From: an uncultured archaeon
GTDB taxonomy: Archaea > Altiarchaeota > Altiarchaeia > IMC4 > SCGC-AAA252-I15
Length of the DNA stretch: 49,607 nucleotides
Assembly: GCA_964587725.1 (NCBI GenBank)
Contig: CAZPLO010000008.1
Coordinates: 1-49,607, forward strand
Direction of reading: 5' to 3'
The position numbers were made by a program, and so were the translations under genes. Numbering within the stretch: position 1 is the first letter of the stretch; each line of letters opens with the position of its first letter. Of this stretch, positions 8,888-17,108 are shown one piece after another. The notes under the pieces were generated by a model that made no database searches, had not been told where the DNA came from, and worked only from the letters and a program-made list of their open reading frames with translations.

Positions 8888-9853
8888 ATGGTCATCAGGG
8901 AGATTACGTTGGATGAGTTGGACGCTGGGGATTTCATAGAGGCGAAGGCGGCTGAAATACGGGAGGCCGTCGGAGACGGCACGGCCGTGAACGCGCTGTC
9001 CGGCGGGGTGGATTCTTCTGTCGTCACGCTCCTCGGACACAAGGCCCTGGGGGACCAGCTGAAGACATACTTCATAGACAACGGCATAATGCGGGAGGGC
9101 GAGCCCGAACGCGTCGCATCCCTGTTCACGGAACTGGGGGTTAAGGTGGAGGTCGTGGACGCGAGGAAGGAGTTCTTCGACGCACTCAGGGGGGTGGCGG
9201 ACCCGGAGGAGAAGCGGGAGGCCATCACCCAGACATTCTACAAGAATGTGTTCGGCCGCCTGGTCAGGGAGAGCGGGGCGAAGCACCTGCTGCAGGGCAC
9301 CATCTTGACGGACGTGGACGAGACCGTCGCAGGCATCAAGCGGCAGCACAACGTGTTCGAGCAACTGGGCATAGACCCTGAGGACGCGTTCGGCTACAAG
9401 ATTATCGAGCCCGTGATTCAGCTGAGGAAGCCCGCCGTCCGAGTGGTGGGTGAGGAGCTGGGTCTGCCGGAGGAAATATTTTCAAGGCCGCCGTTCCCTG
9501 GGCCCGCGCTGTCGGCCCGCGTAATAGGCGAAGCCACCGAGGGAAGAGTCGAGACCGTGCGGAAGGCCACCGCCATAGTCGAGGAAGAGCTGGAAGACAG
9601 CGGCGCGTTCCAGTACATGGCCATACTACACGAAGACAGGGTCACCGGCATGCGCGACGGCAAACGGGAGTATGGGCAGCAGATTGAAGTGCGCTGTTGG
9701 GAGAGCGAAGACGCCCGCACAGCAGAACCCACCAACCTGCCGTTCGAAAAACTGAGGAAGATTGCGGACCGCCTCGCCTCGGAGGTCCCCGGCGTGGTGA
9801 GCGCAACCTATAACCTGGCGACGAAGCCGCCGTCCACCATCGAAGCCGTTTAA
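8888..9853 (+). CDS. guaAB: GMP synthase subunit B (ATP pyrophosphatase subunit)
   Basis: 'ALSGGVDSSV' PP-loop, 'DPEEKR', 'LLQGTI', 'IKRQHNV', 'PFPGPALSARV', 'KPPSTIE'. Confidence 0.9.
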   Translation: MVIREITLDELDAGDFIEAKAAEIREAVGDGTAVNALSGGVDSSVVTLLGHKALGDQLKTYFIDNGIMREGEPERVASLFTELGVKVEVVDARKEFFDALRGVADPEEKREAITQTFYKNVFGRLVRESGAKHLLQGTILTDVDETVAGIKRQHNVFEQLGIDPEDAFGYKIIEPVIQLRKPAVRVVGEELGLPEEIFSRPPFPGPALSARVIGEATEGRVETVRKATAIVEEELEDSGAFQYMAILHEDRVTGMRDGKREYGQQIEVRCWESEDARTAEPTNLPFEKLRKIADRLASEVPGVVSATYNLATKPPSTIEAV

Positions 9854-9855
9854 AA

Positions 9856-9894
9856 CATATTAATGATTTTTCATTACTATGTGGTAATTTTTCA
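9856..9894 (-). promoter_or_regulatory. Dispersed 39-bp intergenic element, copy 1 (function unknown)
   Basis: Reverse complement matches 37224-37262 at 34/39; TGAAAAAT repeated at 21-bp period. Confidence 0.55.
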
Positions 9895-9946
9895 TCAATA
9901 TAGTAGAATCTCGCAGGTTTAAGGTTTCGTTCATAATATATGGGTG

Positions 9947-10213
9947 ATGGCTTCTGTTGGGCGTTTGGACGGGCTTATCTCGAGGGTGGATGCGTTGGAG
10001 GAGCGGAACCGGCGGGTGGAAGGCGACAAGGCGTGGGAGACCAGCTTAACCCGGAGGCTTCTGCTGACGGCATTCACCTACGCCATTATGGGAGCGTACC
10101 TGCATGCGATAGGGGTGGAGCGGCCGTGGCTGAACGCCCTGGTGCCAGCAGCCGCGCTGCTGCTGTCGACGCTCACGCTCCCCCTGTTCAAGAGACTGTG
10201 GATGAAGCATTAG
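9947..10213 (+). CDS. Small conserved-looking membrane protein
   Basis: 'ERNRRVEGDKAWETSLTRR' followed by two hydrophobic segments; immediately upstream of the SprT-like gene. Confidence 0.7.
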   Translation: MASVGRLDGLISRVDALEERNRRVEGDKAWETSLTRRLLLTAFTYAIMGAYLHAIGVERPWLNALVPAAALLLSTLTLPLFKRLWMKH

Positions 10214-10215
10214 TG

Positions 10216-10719
10216 ATGGACGCCGCGGAAAAATACGTGCTGGACCGTAAGCTGAAGGAACTGTTCAACCGGTTGAACAGGGAGCGGTTCAACGGCGAAA
10301 TAGAGCCATATAAGCTGAGGTGGAGCACCCGTTCGATACGCACCCACGGGAGCATATACTTCAACAAAAAAGAGATCATGGTGTCCGCGGAGCTGCTGCG
10401 GCAGCACGGTTGGGATGCGGTGGAGCAGACGATGCTGCATGAGATGACACACGCCCTCATCCACCAACGCGGGGGACACAACCGACACACCAAACGTTTC
10501 TGGCGGGAGTTCGAGAGACGCGGCGGCGTGCGGGACAAGATGGAAGTGGAGCCGAATGCCGCCTACGTATACGCCTGCCCCACCTGCGGCACAGAATACG
10601 AGCGCATGCGGGAACTCAAGAAAGGCCAGTACAGCTGCAGCAGATGCGACAAGAGATACAACCCGGAACACCGCCTGTATCTGAAGAGGGACAAACACCA
10701 GAGGAGACTACATGTGTAG
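10216..10719 (+). CDS. SprT-like zinc metalloprotease
   Basis: '[12 protein letters not shown]', 'TMLHEMTH', 'H...F', CxxC...CxxC zinc ribbon; start at ATG 10216. Confidence 0.88.
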   Translation: MDAAEKYVLDRKLKELFNRLNRERFNGEIEPYKLRWSTRSIRTHGSIYFNKKEIMVSAELLRQHGWDAVEQTMLHEMTHALIHQRGGHNRHTKRFWREFERRGGVRDKMEVEPNAAYVYACPTCGTEYERMRELKKGQYSCSRCDKRYNPEHRLYLKRDKHQRRLHV

Positions 10720-10896
10720 TTCAATGAATTTTCTGATGGTGCGGTCGTATGTTTTCTCCACTTCAGGGGGGAAGTAGCAGGCCGGCAGCTCCCCCCGGCT
10801 CCGGTGGTATTTCACGCACTCACAACACAAGCCTTTTTTGTCGCACGGGTAGGTGCAGTTGCACTCCACAGCATTGGACTCTCGCTTGCACTCCAT
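10708..10896 (-). CDS. Small Cys-rich protein (DUF6485-like)
   Basis: '[20 protein letters not shown]...LPACYF...TYDR'. Confidence 0.75.
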   Translation of the reverse strand: MECKRESNAVECNCTYPCDKKGLCCECVKYHRSRGELPACYFPPEVEKTYDRTIRKFIELHM

Positions 10897-10897
10897 T

Positions 10898-11887
10898 TTA
10901 CTGCACCATCATGCCGCCCATGGTCGACTCCAACACTATGGAGCCGAGGAAGAACAGTACCAGCGCTATCACCAGCATCACGGGCATGAACTTGAACCCC
11001 TCCTTCTCCTCCCCCTTCATAATCAACCCCATAATCATGCTCCCGAAGAAGCAGGAGGTGAAGATGGAGATGACCGCGTACATGGTGATGAACTCCGGGG
11101 ACACCGCCATGTGGCCTATGCGGATGGGTGTGCTGCCCGCGAGTCCGTCGAAGTCCTTAGGCATCTGCTCCGCAATCATGTTCATGTTCCTACCCAATAT
11201 GTTCACCAAAAACGAGGACATTGCGAACAGCATCGGCGCGCCCAACGCAATCGCTATGAAGATGAACAGCACATACATCAGCACGGAGGCGCTTATTTCC
11301 TTCTGCACAATCTGCTGGTCCCGGATGTCGTCTGCTGTCTGGTCCAGCAGGTCGGCGAGCTGGCCGCCTGAGTTTATGCTGTGGACAATCAACTCTATTG
11401 TGCGTTCCAGCCGCGTGGAGTCGATGTGGTCCGCCATCTTCGACAGCGCGTCAATTAAATTCCTGCCGGCCATGGTCTCCTTGCCGACCCGGCGTATCTC
11501 CTCCTCCAACGCCCCGAACTCCGGACGCGCAGCCAGTATCAGCGCCTTGTCCGTGGTCAGCCCGGCTCGGATGTTGGAGGACATCAGCTGCAATGCGTCC
11601 GGCAGCGCCTCCTCCACCTGACGCGCCTTCCCAGACACGTTCAAACTCAGCCAGATGTATGCGAGGAACTCCACCACAATGAAGGACACGATGAACACCA
11701 GCAGCGGCGGCAGCTCATACTGGCCCGTCAACACCGTTATACCGAACCCGGCGACGATACCCAACACCAGCATCGACCCTATGAACGTGTCCGGGTCCGC
11801 CTTCACGGTGGAGCAGGTGAGCTTCTGCCTAAGCCTCCCCCTCAGCCCCTTCGGCAGAATCCTCCCCAGAAACGTTACAAACGTCAT
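10898..11887 (-). CDS. Type II secretion F-domain pilus platform protein (TadB/TadC-like)
   Basis: '[20 protein letters not shown]', 'EFGALEEEI', 'SGGQLADLL'; multiple TM segments. Confidence 0.9.
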   Translation of the reverse strand: MTFVTFLGRILPKGLRGRLRQKLTCSTVKADPDTFIGSMLVLGIVAGFGITVLTGQYELPPLLVFIVSFIVVEFLAYIWLSLNVSGKARQVEEALPDALQLMSSNIRAGLTTDKALILAARPEFGALEEEIRRVGKETMAGRNLIDALSKMADHIDSTRLERTIELIVHSINSGGQLADLLDQTADDIRDQQIVQKEISASVLMYVLFIFIAIALGAPMLFAMSSFLVNILGRNMNMIAEQMPKDFDGLAGSTPIRIGHMAVSPEFITMYAVISIFTSCFFGSMIMGLIMKGEEKEGFKFMPVMLVIALVLFFLGSIVLESTMGGMMVQ

Positions 11888-11889
11888 CT

Positions 11890-12789
11890 CTATCCTCCGA
11901 TAAGGTTGGGCCTCTTAGATTTTATTATGCCCAGGAACACGAACTGCATGAACACCACGCCCACCAGCAGCATCCAGAACGTTGTCTCGTTGCCTATCTG
12001 GTCCATGCCCGGGAAAGACGACAGTATGATCAGCATGGTGATGCCCAGCGACGGCACTATTACGGCGACCATCATATACATCATCGCCAGCGGGTTGAGT
12101 ATGCTCTTGTAGCGGCGTATCTCAACCAGCTGCTCCTTAGACAGACTGCGTATCACGTCCTCCAGGTTCTGGCCGACGTCGCTGCCGGACTTCAGACTGT
12201 TAACCAGCTGCCACAGCGCCCGTCGGAAGTATATGCTCGGGTTCCTCACCGCCAGCTGCTCCAACACGTCAACGACGGACTGGCCGGCGTTCACCTTCTC
12301 CACCACCAGCTTGAACTCGTCGGTGATGGGGCCGTATTTGCCCGTGGCAATCGATGCGATGGCGTTGAATATCGGCACCCCCGACCGAATCTGTATCAGC
12401 AGGCTGCGGAGGGCGAACAATAGGTTGCGTTCAAGATACTTCACACGCTTGTTGACTATTGACTTCGGATACACCATCAAATAGAGGAAGAACACCAGCC
12501 CCATCACCCCGCCTATCACCGGCCCCAGTATGGGGTTTTTCGCGTTGCCCATCACCAGCACCGCGGTAATCAATCCGCCGAATCCCAGGAGCATCAGCAT
12601 CGCCACGAAGAAGCAGAACGCCAGATACTCCCTGGTTGTTATATTGTATTCTTCGCGGACTCCGGACTGCTCCACCGCAGCCTTCATGTACGGGAACACG
12701 TGGGTGAGGATGGAGCCTACGCCGATGAATATCCTCGATGTCCCGCGTATGGCGGGGGAGTTGAGCATAGGTATCCGGACAACAGCCAT
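11890..12789 (-). CDS. Type II secretion F-domain pilus platform protein (TadB/TadC-like)
   Basis: 'LERNLLFALRSLLIQIRSGVP', 'NPSIYFRRALWQLVNSLKSG'; start reassigned to ATG 12789 to avoid overlap with the KaiC gene. Confidence 0.88.
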   Translation of the reverse strand: MAVVRIPMLNSPAIRGTSRIFIGVGSILTHVFPYMKAAVEQSGVREEYNITTREYLAFCFFVAMLMLLGFGGLITAVLVMGNAKNPILGPVIGGVMGLVFFLYLMVYPKSIVNKRVKYLERNLLFALRSLLIQIRSGVPIFNAIASIATGKYGPITDEFKLVVEKVNAGQSVVDVLEQLAVRNPSIYFRRALWQLVNSLKSGSDVGQNLEDVIRSLSKEQLVEIRRYKSILNPLAMMYMMVAVIVPSLGITMLIILSSFPGMDQIGNETTFWMLLVGVVFMQFVFLGIIKSKRPNLIGG

Positions 12790-12834
12790 ATAATAGGAAT
12801 ATGATTTAATATTAAAGAGGAGGAATAGGTTATC

Positions 12835-13557
12835 ATGGAACGACTGTCTACGGGCGCGGAGGGGCTGGACAAGCTCATGCATGGGGGCATACCGGAGGGC
12901 TTCAACGTCCTCATCGCCGGCGCTCCCGGCACGGGGAAGACCATTCTGGGACTCCAGTTCATACACGACGGAGTGAAGAACGGGGAGCCCGGCATATACG
13001 TGAGCTTCGAACAGTTCAAGGAGGACATCATACGGCAGGCGGAGCAGTTCGGGTGGGACGACATACGCGACGAGAGACTGTTTTCGCTGCTGTCGATAAA
13101 ACACAAGGACATCCAAAGCTTCATGGCGTACCTGAAGGACGAGGTGGAGATGAAGAAGGCTAAGCGCCTGGTCATAGACAGCCTCTCCGTCGTTTCAGTG
13201 TACACCAACATACTCGAGGACCCGGAGCACATCAAACTGATGGACTTGTCGGTGGACATACATTCGCGGACGCCGCAGGATCCGGAGCAGCTCAGGCGGC
13301 AGACCATCTACCACATACTCGCGAAGATAAAGGAGCTGGGCGTCACCACGCTGCTGATTGCGGAGCAGATTGAGCCCGAGAAACTCACCAGGGACGAGGT
13401 CAGCGAGTTCGTCGCCGACGGCGTAATCATAATGAAGAAGGTGTTGATCGGGAAGGACGTGATACGGTCCATCTCAGTGGAGAAGATGCGTCAGACCGGC
13501 ATAAACGCCGGAACACATAACATGGAGTTCACGGAAAACGGGATAGAGGTAAGGTAG
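12835..13557 (+). CDS. Single-domain KaiC/RAD55-family ATPase
   Basis: 'STG.EGLD.LMHGGIP', Walker A GAPGTGKT, 'YVSFEQ', Walker B 'RLVIDSLS', 'EFVADGVI', 'VEKMR'; RBS gaggagg. Confidence 0.92.
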   Translation: MERLSTGAEGLDKLMHGGIPEGFNVLIAGAPGTGKTILGLQFIHDGVKNGEPGIYVSFEQFKEDIIRQAEQFGWDDIRDERLFSLLSIKHKDIQSFMAYLKDEVEMKKAKRLVIDSLSVVSVYTNILEDPEHIKLMDLSVDIHSRTPQDPEQLRRQTIYHILAKIKELGVTTLLIAEQIEPEKLTRDEVSEFVADGVIIMKKVLIGKDVIRSISVEKMRQTGINAGTHNMEFTENGIEVR

Positions 13558-15130
13558 CCTCCACCCCCTTCTCCTCTTTTTCACCCAGTATCACCGACGG
13601 GCCCCTGTTGTTTTCCACCACGTCCACCACCGTCTCACGATCCAGGTAGTATCTGTTCAACACTTTGCCGACGTCGTTGACCTGCCGGACCTTGTGCTCG
13701 ACCATCCAGTTGAGTATGTTCTTCTTCAGGTTTATGTCGTCCACCACCTCCGACCGCGTCAGCCCAGTGTGCCTGTACAATTCGGTGAACAGCCTCATCG
13801 GCTCCACGTTCGGCACAATATTGTCTTCTCGGGCGTCCCAACGGTAGATGATGTTGGGCTTGTACCTCATATCTCCGATGCGGCGTTTTTCCTCGTCCAT
13901 TAGGAACTCACCCACCTCGAATATTCTGCGGATGCCGCGGCGGCGGTCCCGGAACATGACCACGTTGAGGTGGACGGCCTCCAGCATGCTGTGGGGGACG
14001 TCGATGGGGGGGTTGGTGATGCGTGTTATGGTCTGGTCGCATGTGTCCGCGTGTATCGTGCAGTACACGCTGTGGCCGGTGTGCATGGCCTCGAACAACA
14101 CCTCCGCCTCCCGTTTCTTGCGGACCTCGCCCATGATGATGCGGTCCGGCCGCATACGCAGGGCGTTCACCAGCAGATCCAGCATGTTGACTTCGCCCTT
14201 GCCCTCAGGGTTCGGCTCCCTCGTCGTCAGCGGACACCAGTACAGGAAGTCGGGCAGCTGCAGCTCCCTCGTGTCTTCGATGCTGATGATGCGGTGGTTC
14301 GGCGGGATGAACGGCATGCAGATGTTCAGGAAGCTGGTTTTCCCCGACCCTGTTCCTCCGGAGACCATGATGTTCATCTCATACTGTATCATCAGCCAGA
14401 TGAGAGCCAATACTTCGGCGGTGGCTGTCTGGTTCATGATGAAGTCCGGGGCCGTCCACGGGTCCCGGGCGAACTTACGGATGGTTATGGTGTTCCCCTT
14501 CGTCGCGATGGGCGTGAGTATGGCGTTAGCCCGGTCCTTGCTCACAAGGTGCGCGTCCAGCAGCGGGTTCAATGTGGTGATTTCCCGGCCCACCCGGCGG
14601 GCTATGGTGTTGGCGTAGTTCTGTATCCGCATCTCGCTCTGCGGACGGACGTTGGTCTTCAGCCACCCGTATTTTTTGTGGTAGATTCTTATCGGCTCTG
14701 CGGAGGAGTTTACGATGATTTCCTCCAGGTTGGGGTCGACGAGGAAGTACTCTATCTCGTCCAAGCCCAGGAGCTCGTGGAGGAGGCTGAGTATGAAATG
14801 CTGTTTCACGTCTTCTTCCAGCGACGGCAGTTCCTCACCCAATATGATGTTGGCTTTGTCCTTGAACTCGCCCTTCAGCTGCCCCAGCAGCTTGGGGTCG
14901 AGTATTTCGGTGGTGCTCATCTCCACCCCGGAGATGAGCCGGTCTTTTATGTCGTCCATCAGTGCGAGGGTGGCTACGTCCACCTCCGGCAGTATCAGCT
15001 TGTAGTAGGGTACGAAGTCCTTCATTATTATCTGCACCGGCGTCTTGACGCCTTCGGACTCTACCTCGTACTCCTCCAGGACCTCGCCTTCGCTCAGCTG
15101 GTCATTTTTTCGCTTTGCCATTGGAATCAT
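13529..15130 (-). CDS. Type IV pilus assembly ATPase (CpaF/TadA/VirB11 family)
   Basis: Walker A GGTGSGKT, Asp box 'SIEDTREL', 'ALRMRPDRIIMGEVR', His box 'HTGH...TIHA'; alternative start 15121. Confidence 0.93.
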   Translation of the reverse strand: MIPMAKRKNDQLSEGEVLEEYEVESEGVKTPVQIIMKDFVPYYKLILPEVDVATLALMDDIKDRLISGVEMSTTEILDPKLLGQLKGEFKDKANIILGEELPSLEEDVKQHFILSLLHELLGLDEIEYFLVDPNLEEIIVNSSAEPIRIYHKKYGWLKTNVRPQSEMRIQNYANTIARRVGREITTLNPLLDAHLVSKDRANAILTPIATKGNTITIRKFARDPWTAPDFIMNQTATAEVLALIWLMIQYEMNIMVSGGTGSGKTSFLNICMPFIPPNHRIISIEDTRELQLPDFLYWCPLTTREPNPEGKGEVNMLDLLVNALRMRPDRIIMGEVRKKREAEVLFEAMHTGHSVYCTIHADTCDQTITRITNPPIDVPHSMLEAVHLNVVMFRDRRRGIRRIFEVGEFLMDEEKRRIGDMRYKPNIIYRWDAREDNIVPNVEPMRLFTELYRHTGLTRSEVVDDINLKKNILNWMVEHKVRQVNDVGKVLNRYYLDRETVVDVVENNRGPSVILGEKEEKGVEATLPLSRFP

Positions 15131-17069
15131 CCTTCCCTTTTTTGTCGGCCTTGTGGCTTATTATCTCCGGCTCCCCGATGGTGGGGTAGCGGAGTTCGAG
15201 GAGGTTGTGTTCCTCCAGTATCATCGCCCACTCCTCTATCTGGGTTTTATTTACCTTGAGTTTCGCCGCCAACGCGTCGTTGAGCTTCAGCCTGCCCTGG
15301 GACTCCACCAGCTCGTAGAGCTGGTCTATGCTGGTCTCTATCTTCCTGCCCTCCTGAACCCGTTTCACCGGCTTCTCCTCCTTCTGCTCCAGTTTTATCT
15401 CCGGGCCCTCACGCTGGCGACGTAACTCGTCTTTGCGGGCTTCGCCGCCGGTGACCGCGGAGGCTATGCCCTGGAGGGCGCCTCTGCGGCGGGCCTTCAA
15501 CTCCTCCAGACGGGCGGCCTTCCGTTCGTCTATCTTCTCCGGCACGACGGGACCTGCGTCCTCCCGTTTCTTCCTCAGCTCCTCGAACCGTTTTGCCTTC
15601 CGTGGGTCGAGTTTGAGGTCTCGGGCGAAGTCGACCAGGTTTATGCCTCCGCCGATTTTCCCCACCTTCCGCTGGCGTTTCTCCTTGAGGGTTTTCATCC
15701 TCTCCTCCTTCGCTTCGGCGTCGCCTTTGGAGAACACGCTTTTGATGCCCGACAGCATAGATTTTTTCTCCGGCTCCTGTTTCTTCATCTTAGACTTGAT
15801 TTTTATCTTCAGCGAACTGAGTTTAACGGGCTTCGACAGCAGGTAGTTGACGTTCGACTGCAGGGAGTTGTCCAAGTCGTCTTCCGTCATCTCGAATATT
15901 TCGAGGTCGCCGTGCGTGCCCGCGAACCGCGTCTGTATCTCGCTCATGGCGTCGTCTCCGTATGTTATCTCCACAGTCTCCATGTTCTCCAGTGAGGAGG
16001 CGATGATGTTGCCTTTGTCTATCAGCAGTCCGGCGGTGTAGAGTGTGCCGTCTATTTCACCGGACAAACGCATGACGCCCACGAAGTCGGTGGTGAGGCT
16101 CTTCACAATCTCCCTGAATTCTTCCTCGGTGACGGGCATCACCCGCTCCCCGGACACCACCATCTCCCCAGGCTTCTCCTCGGCCGCAGCCTCCTCCTCC
16201 ACCGGCTTCTCCTCCGGAGTGGGCGTCTCCAACCCTTCTGCGGCGGGCACCTCCTCAGCCGGCTGCTCAGGCTCAGGTGGAGGTGCGGGCTGTTCGGTTT
16301 CATGTGGAGGTTCCGGTTTCTCCGTTAACTCAGGTTCAGGTTGAGTTTTGGGTTCAGTAACTTCCTCCGGCTCCGGTTCCGCCACGGGCTGCTGCGGTCG
16401 CGCAGCGGTTGCGGGGGGTTTCTCGGGAACCAGCGCCTCATCGGGCCCTGATTCGGGAACCGGTTGCTGAGGTCGAGTTTGAGGGCGGGGTTGTTCGGGT
16501 TGAAGCCGGGGTTCAGGCTCCGGCTGCGGCTCAGGTTCCGGCGCTGGCTCCTGCTGAGTTGATTCAGGCTCGGGAGCCGGCTGAGGTGGTTGCCTGGGAA
16601 CAGGTTTTTCTTCAGGTTCAGACTTTTCCACAGTAGGTTGTTCAGGCTGGGGTTCAGGTGCGGGTTCAGGTTCCACGGGAGGTGGCTCCGGCTGTGGTGT
16701 CGGTTCATGTTGAGGTGTAGGCTGTTCAGGTTCGGGTTGTTCCGGTTGAGATTGCCCGGGTGGTTGTTGAGGCTCAGCCGCCTGCTTCTCTTCGGCGGGA
16801 TTTTGGGCGCCGGCTTTGACGACGCCGCCTGCGACACTGATTTCAGCATCCTTCATCAGCCGCTTCTTAACGTCTACGATGCCCTTCTCCTTCAAGTATT
16901 CGACGTACCGGTGGAGGTCCTTCTTCTCCAACCCGGTTGCTGCGGCCAGCTCACCCTCGGTTACGACACCCTTCTGTTTGACGACGTCCAGGATAGCCCT
17001 GAGCCTCTCCGCCCCCTTCTTCTTCCGCTCCTGCACCCGCCCGTGAAGGCGTGCCTTAACGTCCGTCAT
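15102..17069 (-). CDS. Pilus-locus protein: N-terminal wHTH, Pro/Glu/Gln-rich linker, DUF2226-like domain, C-terminal wHTH
   Basis: 'ILDVVKQKG.V..GELAAATG....L..YVEYLKEKGIV'; about 200-aa PEQ linker; 'FVGVMRL...GLLIDKGNII...YGDDA'; 'ETSIDQLYELV...IEEWAMILEEHNLLELRYP'. Confidence 0.75.
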   Translation of the reverse strand: MTDVKARLHGRVQERKKKGAERLRAILDVVKQKGVVTEGELAAATGLEKKDLHRYVEYLKEKGIVDVKKRLMKDAEISVAGGVVKAGAQNPAEEKQAAEPQQPPGQSQPEQPEPEQPTPQHEPTPQPEPPPVEPEPAPEPQPEQPTVEKSEPEEKPVPRQPPQPAPEPESTQQEPAPEPEPQPEPEPRLQPEQPRPQTRPQQPVPESGPDEALVPEKPPATAARPQQPVAEPEPEEVTEPKTQPEPELTEKPEPPHETEQPAPPPEPEQPAEEVPAAEGLETPTPEEKPVEEEAAAEEKPGEMVVSGERVMPVTEEEFREIVKSLTTDFVGVMRLSGEIDGTLYTAGLLIDKGNIIASSLENMETVEITYGDDAMSEIQTRFAGTHGDLEIFEMTEDDLDNSLQSNVNYLLSKPVKLSSLKIKIKSKMKKQEPEKKSMLSGIKSVFSKGDAEAKEERMKTLKEKRQRKVGKIGGGINLVDFARDLKLDPRKAKRFEELRKKREDAGPVVPEKIDERKAARLEELKARRRGALQGIASAVTGGEARKDELRRQREGPEIKLEQKEEKPVKRVQEGRKIETSIDQLYELVESQGRLKLNDALAAKLKVNKTQIEEWAMILEEHNLLELRYPTIGEPEIISHKADKKGKDDSNGKAKK

Positions 17070-17108
17070 CCTGCAGAGTGATATTATTTAACCATAAGCG
17101 GTTAAAAC

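Noticed and set aside
9940-10215. N-terminal extension of the SprT ORF
   Set aside because: Overlaps a more plausible membrane-protein gene in another frame.
12790-13116. N-terminal extension of the platform protein
   Set aside because: Antisense to the KaiC gene; ATG 12789 gives a normal-sized protein.
13848-15259. Long + strand ORFs (256 aa, 429 aa)
   Set aside because: Antisense shadows of the pilus ATPase in GC-rich DNA.
16250-16800. ggttcagg-type short DNA repeats; also acc/acg tracts at about 7200-7330 and 17595-17640
   Set aside because: Explained by Pro-Glu and poly-Thr low-complexity coding.
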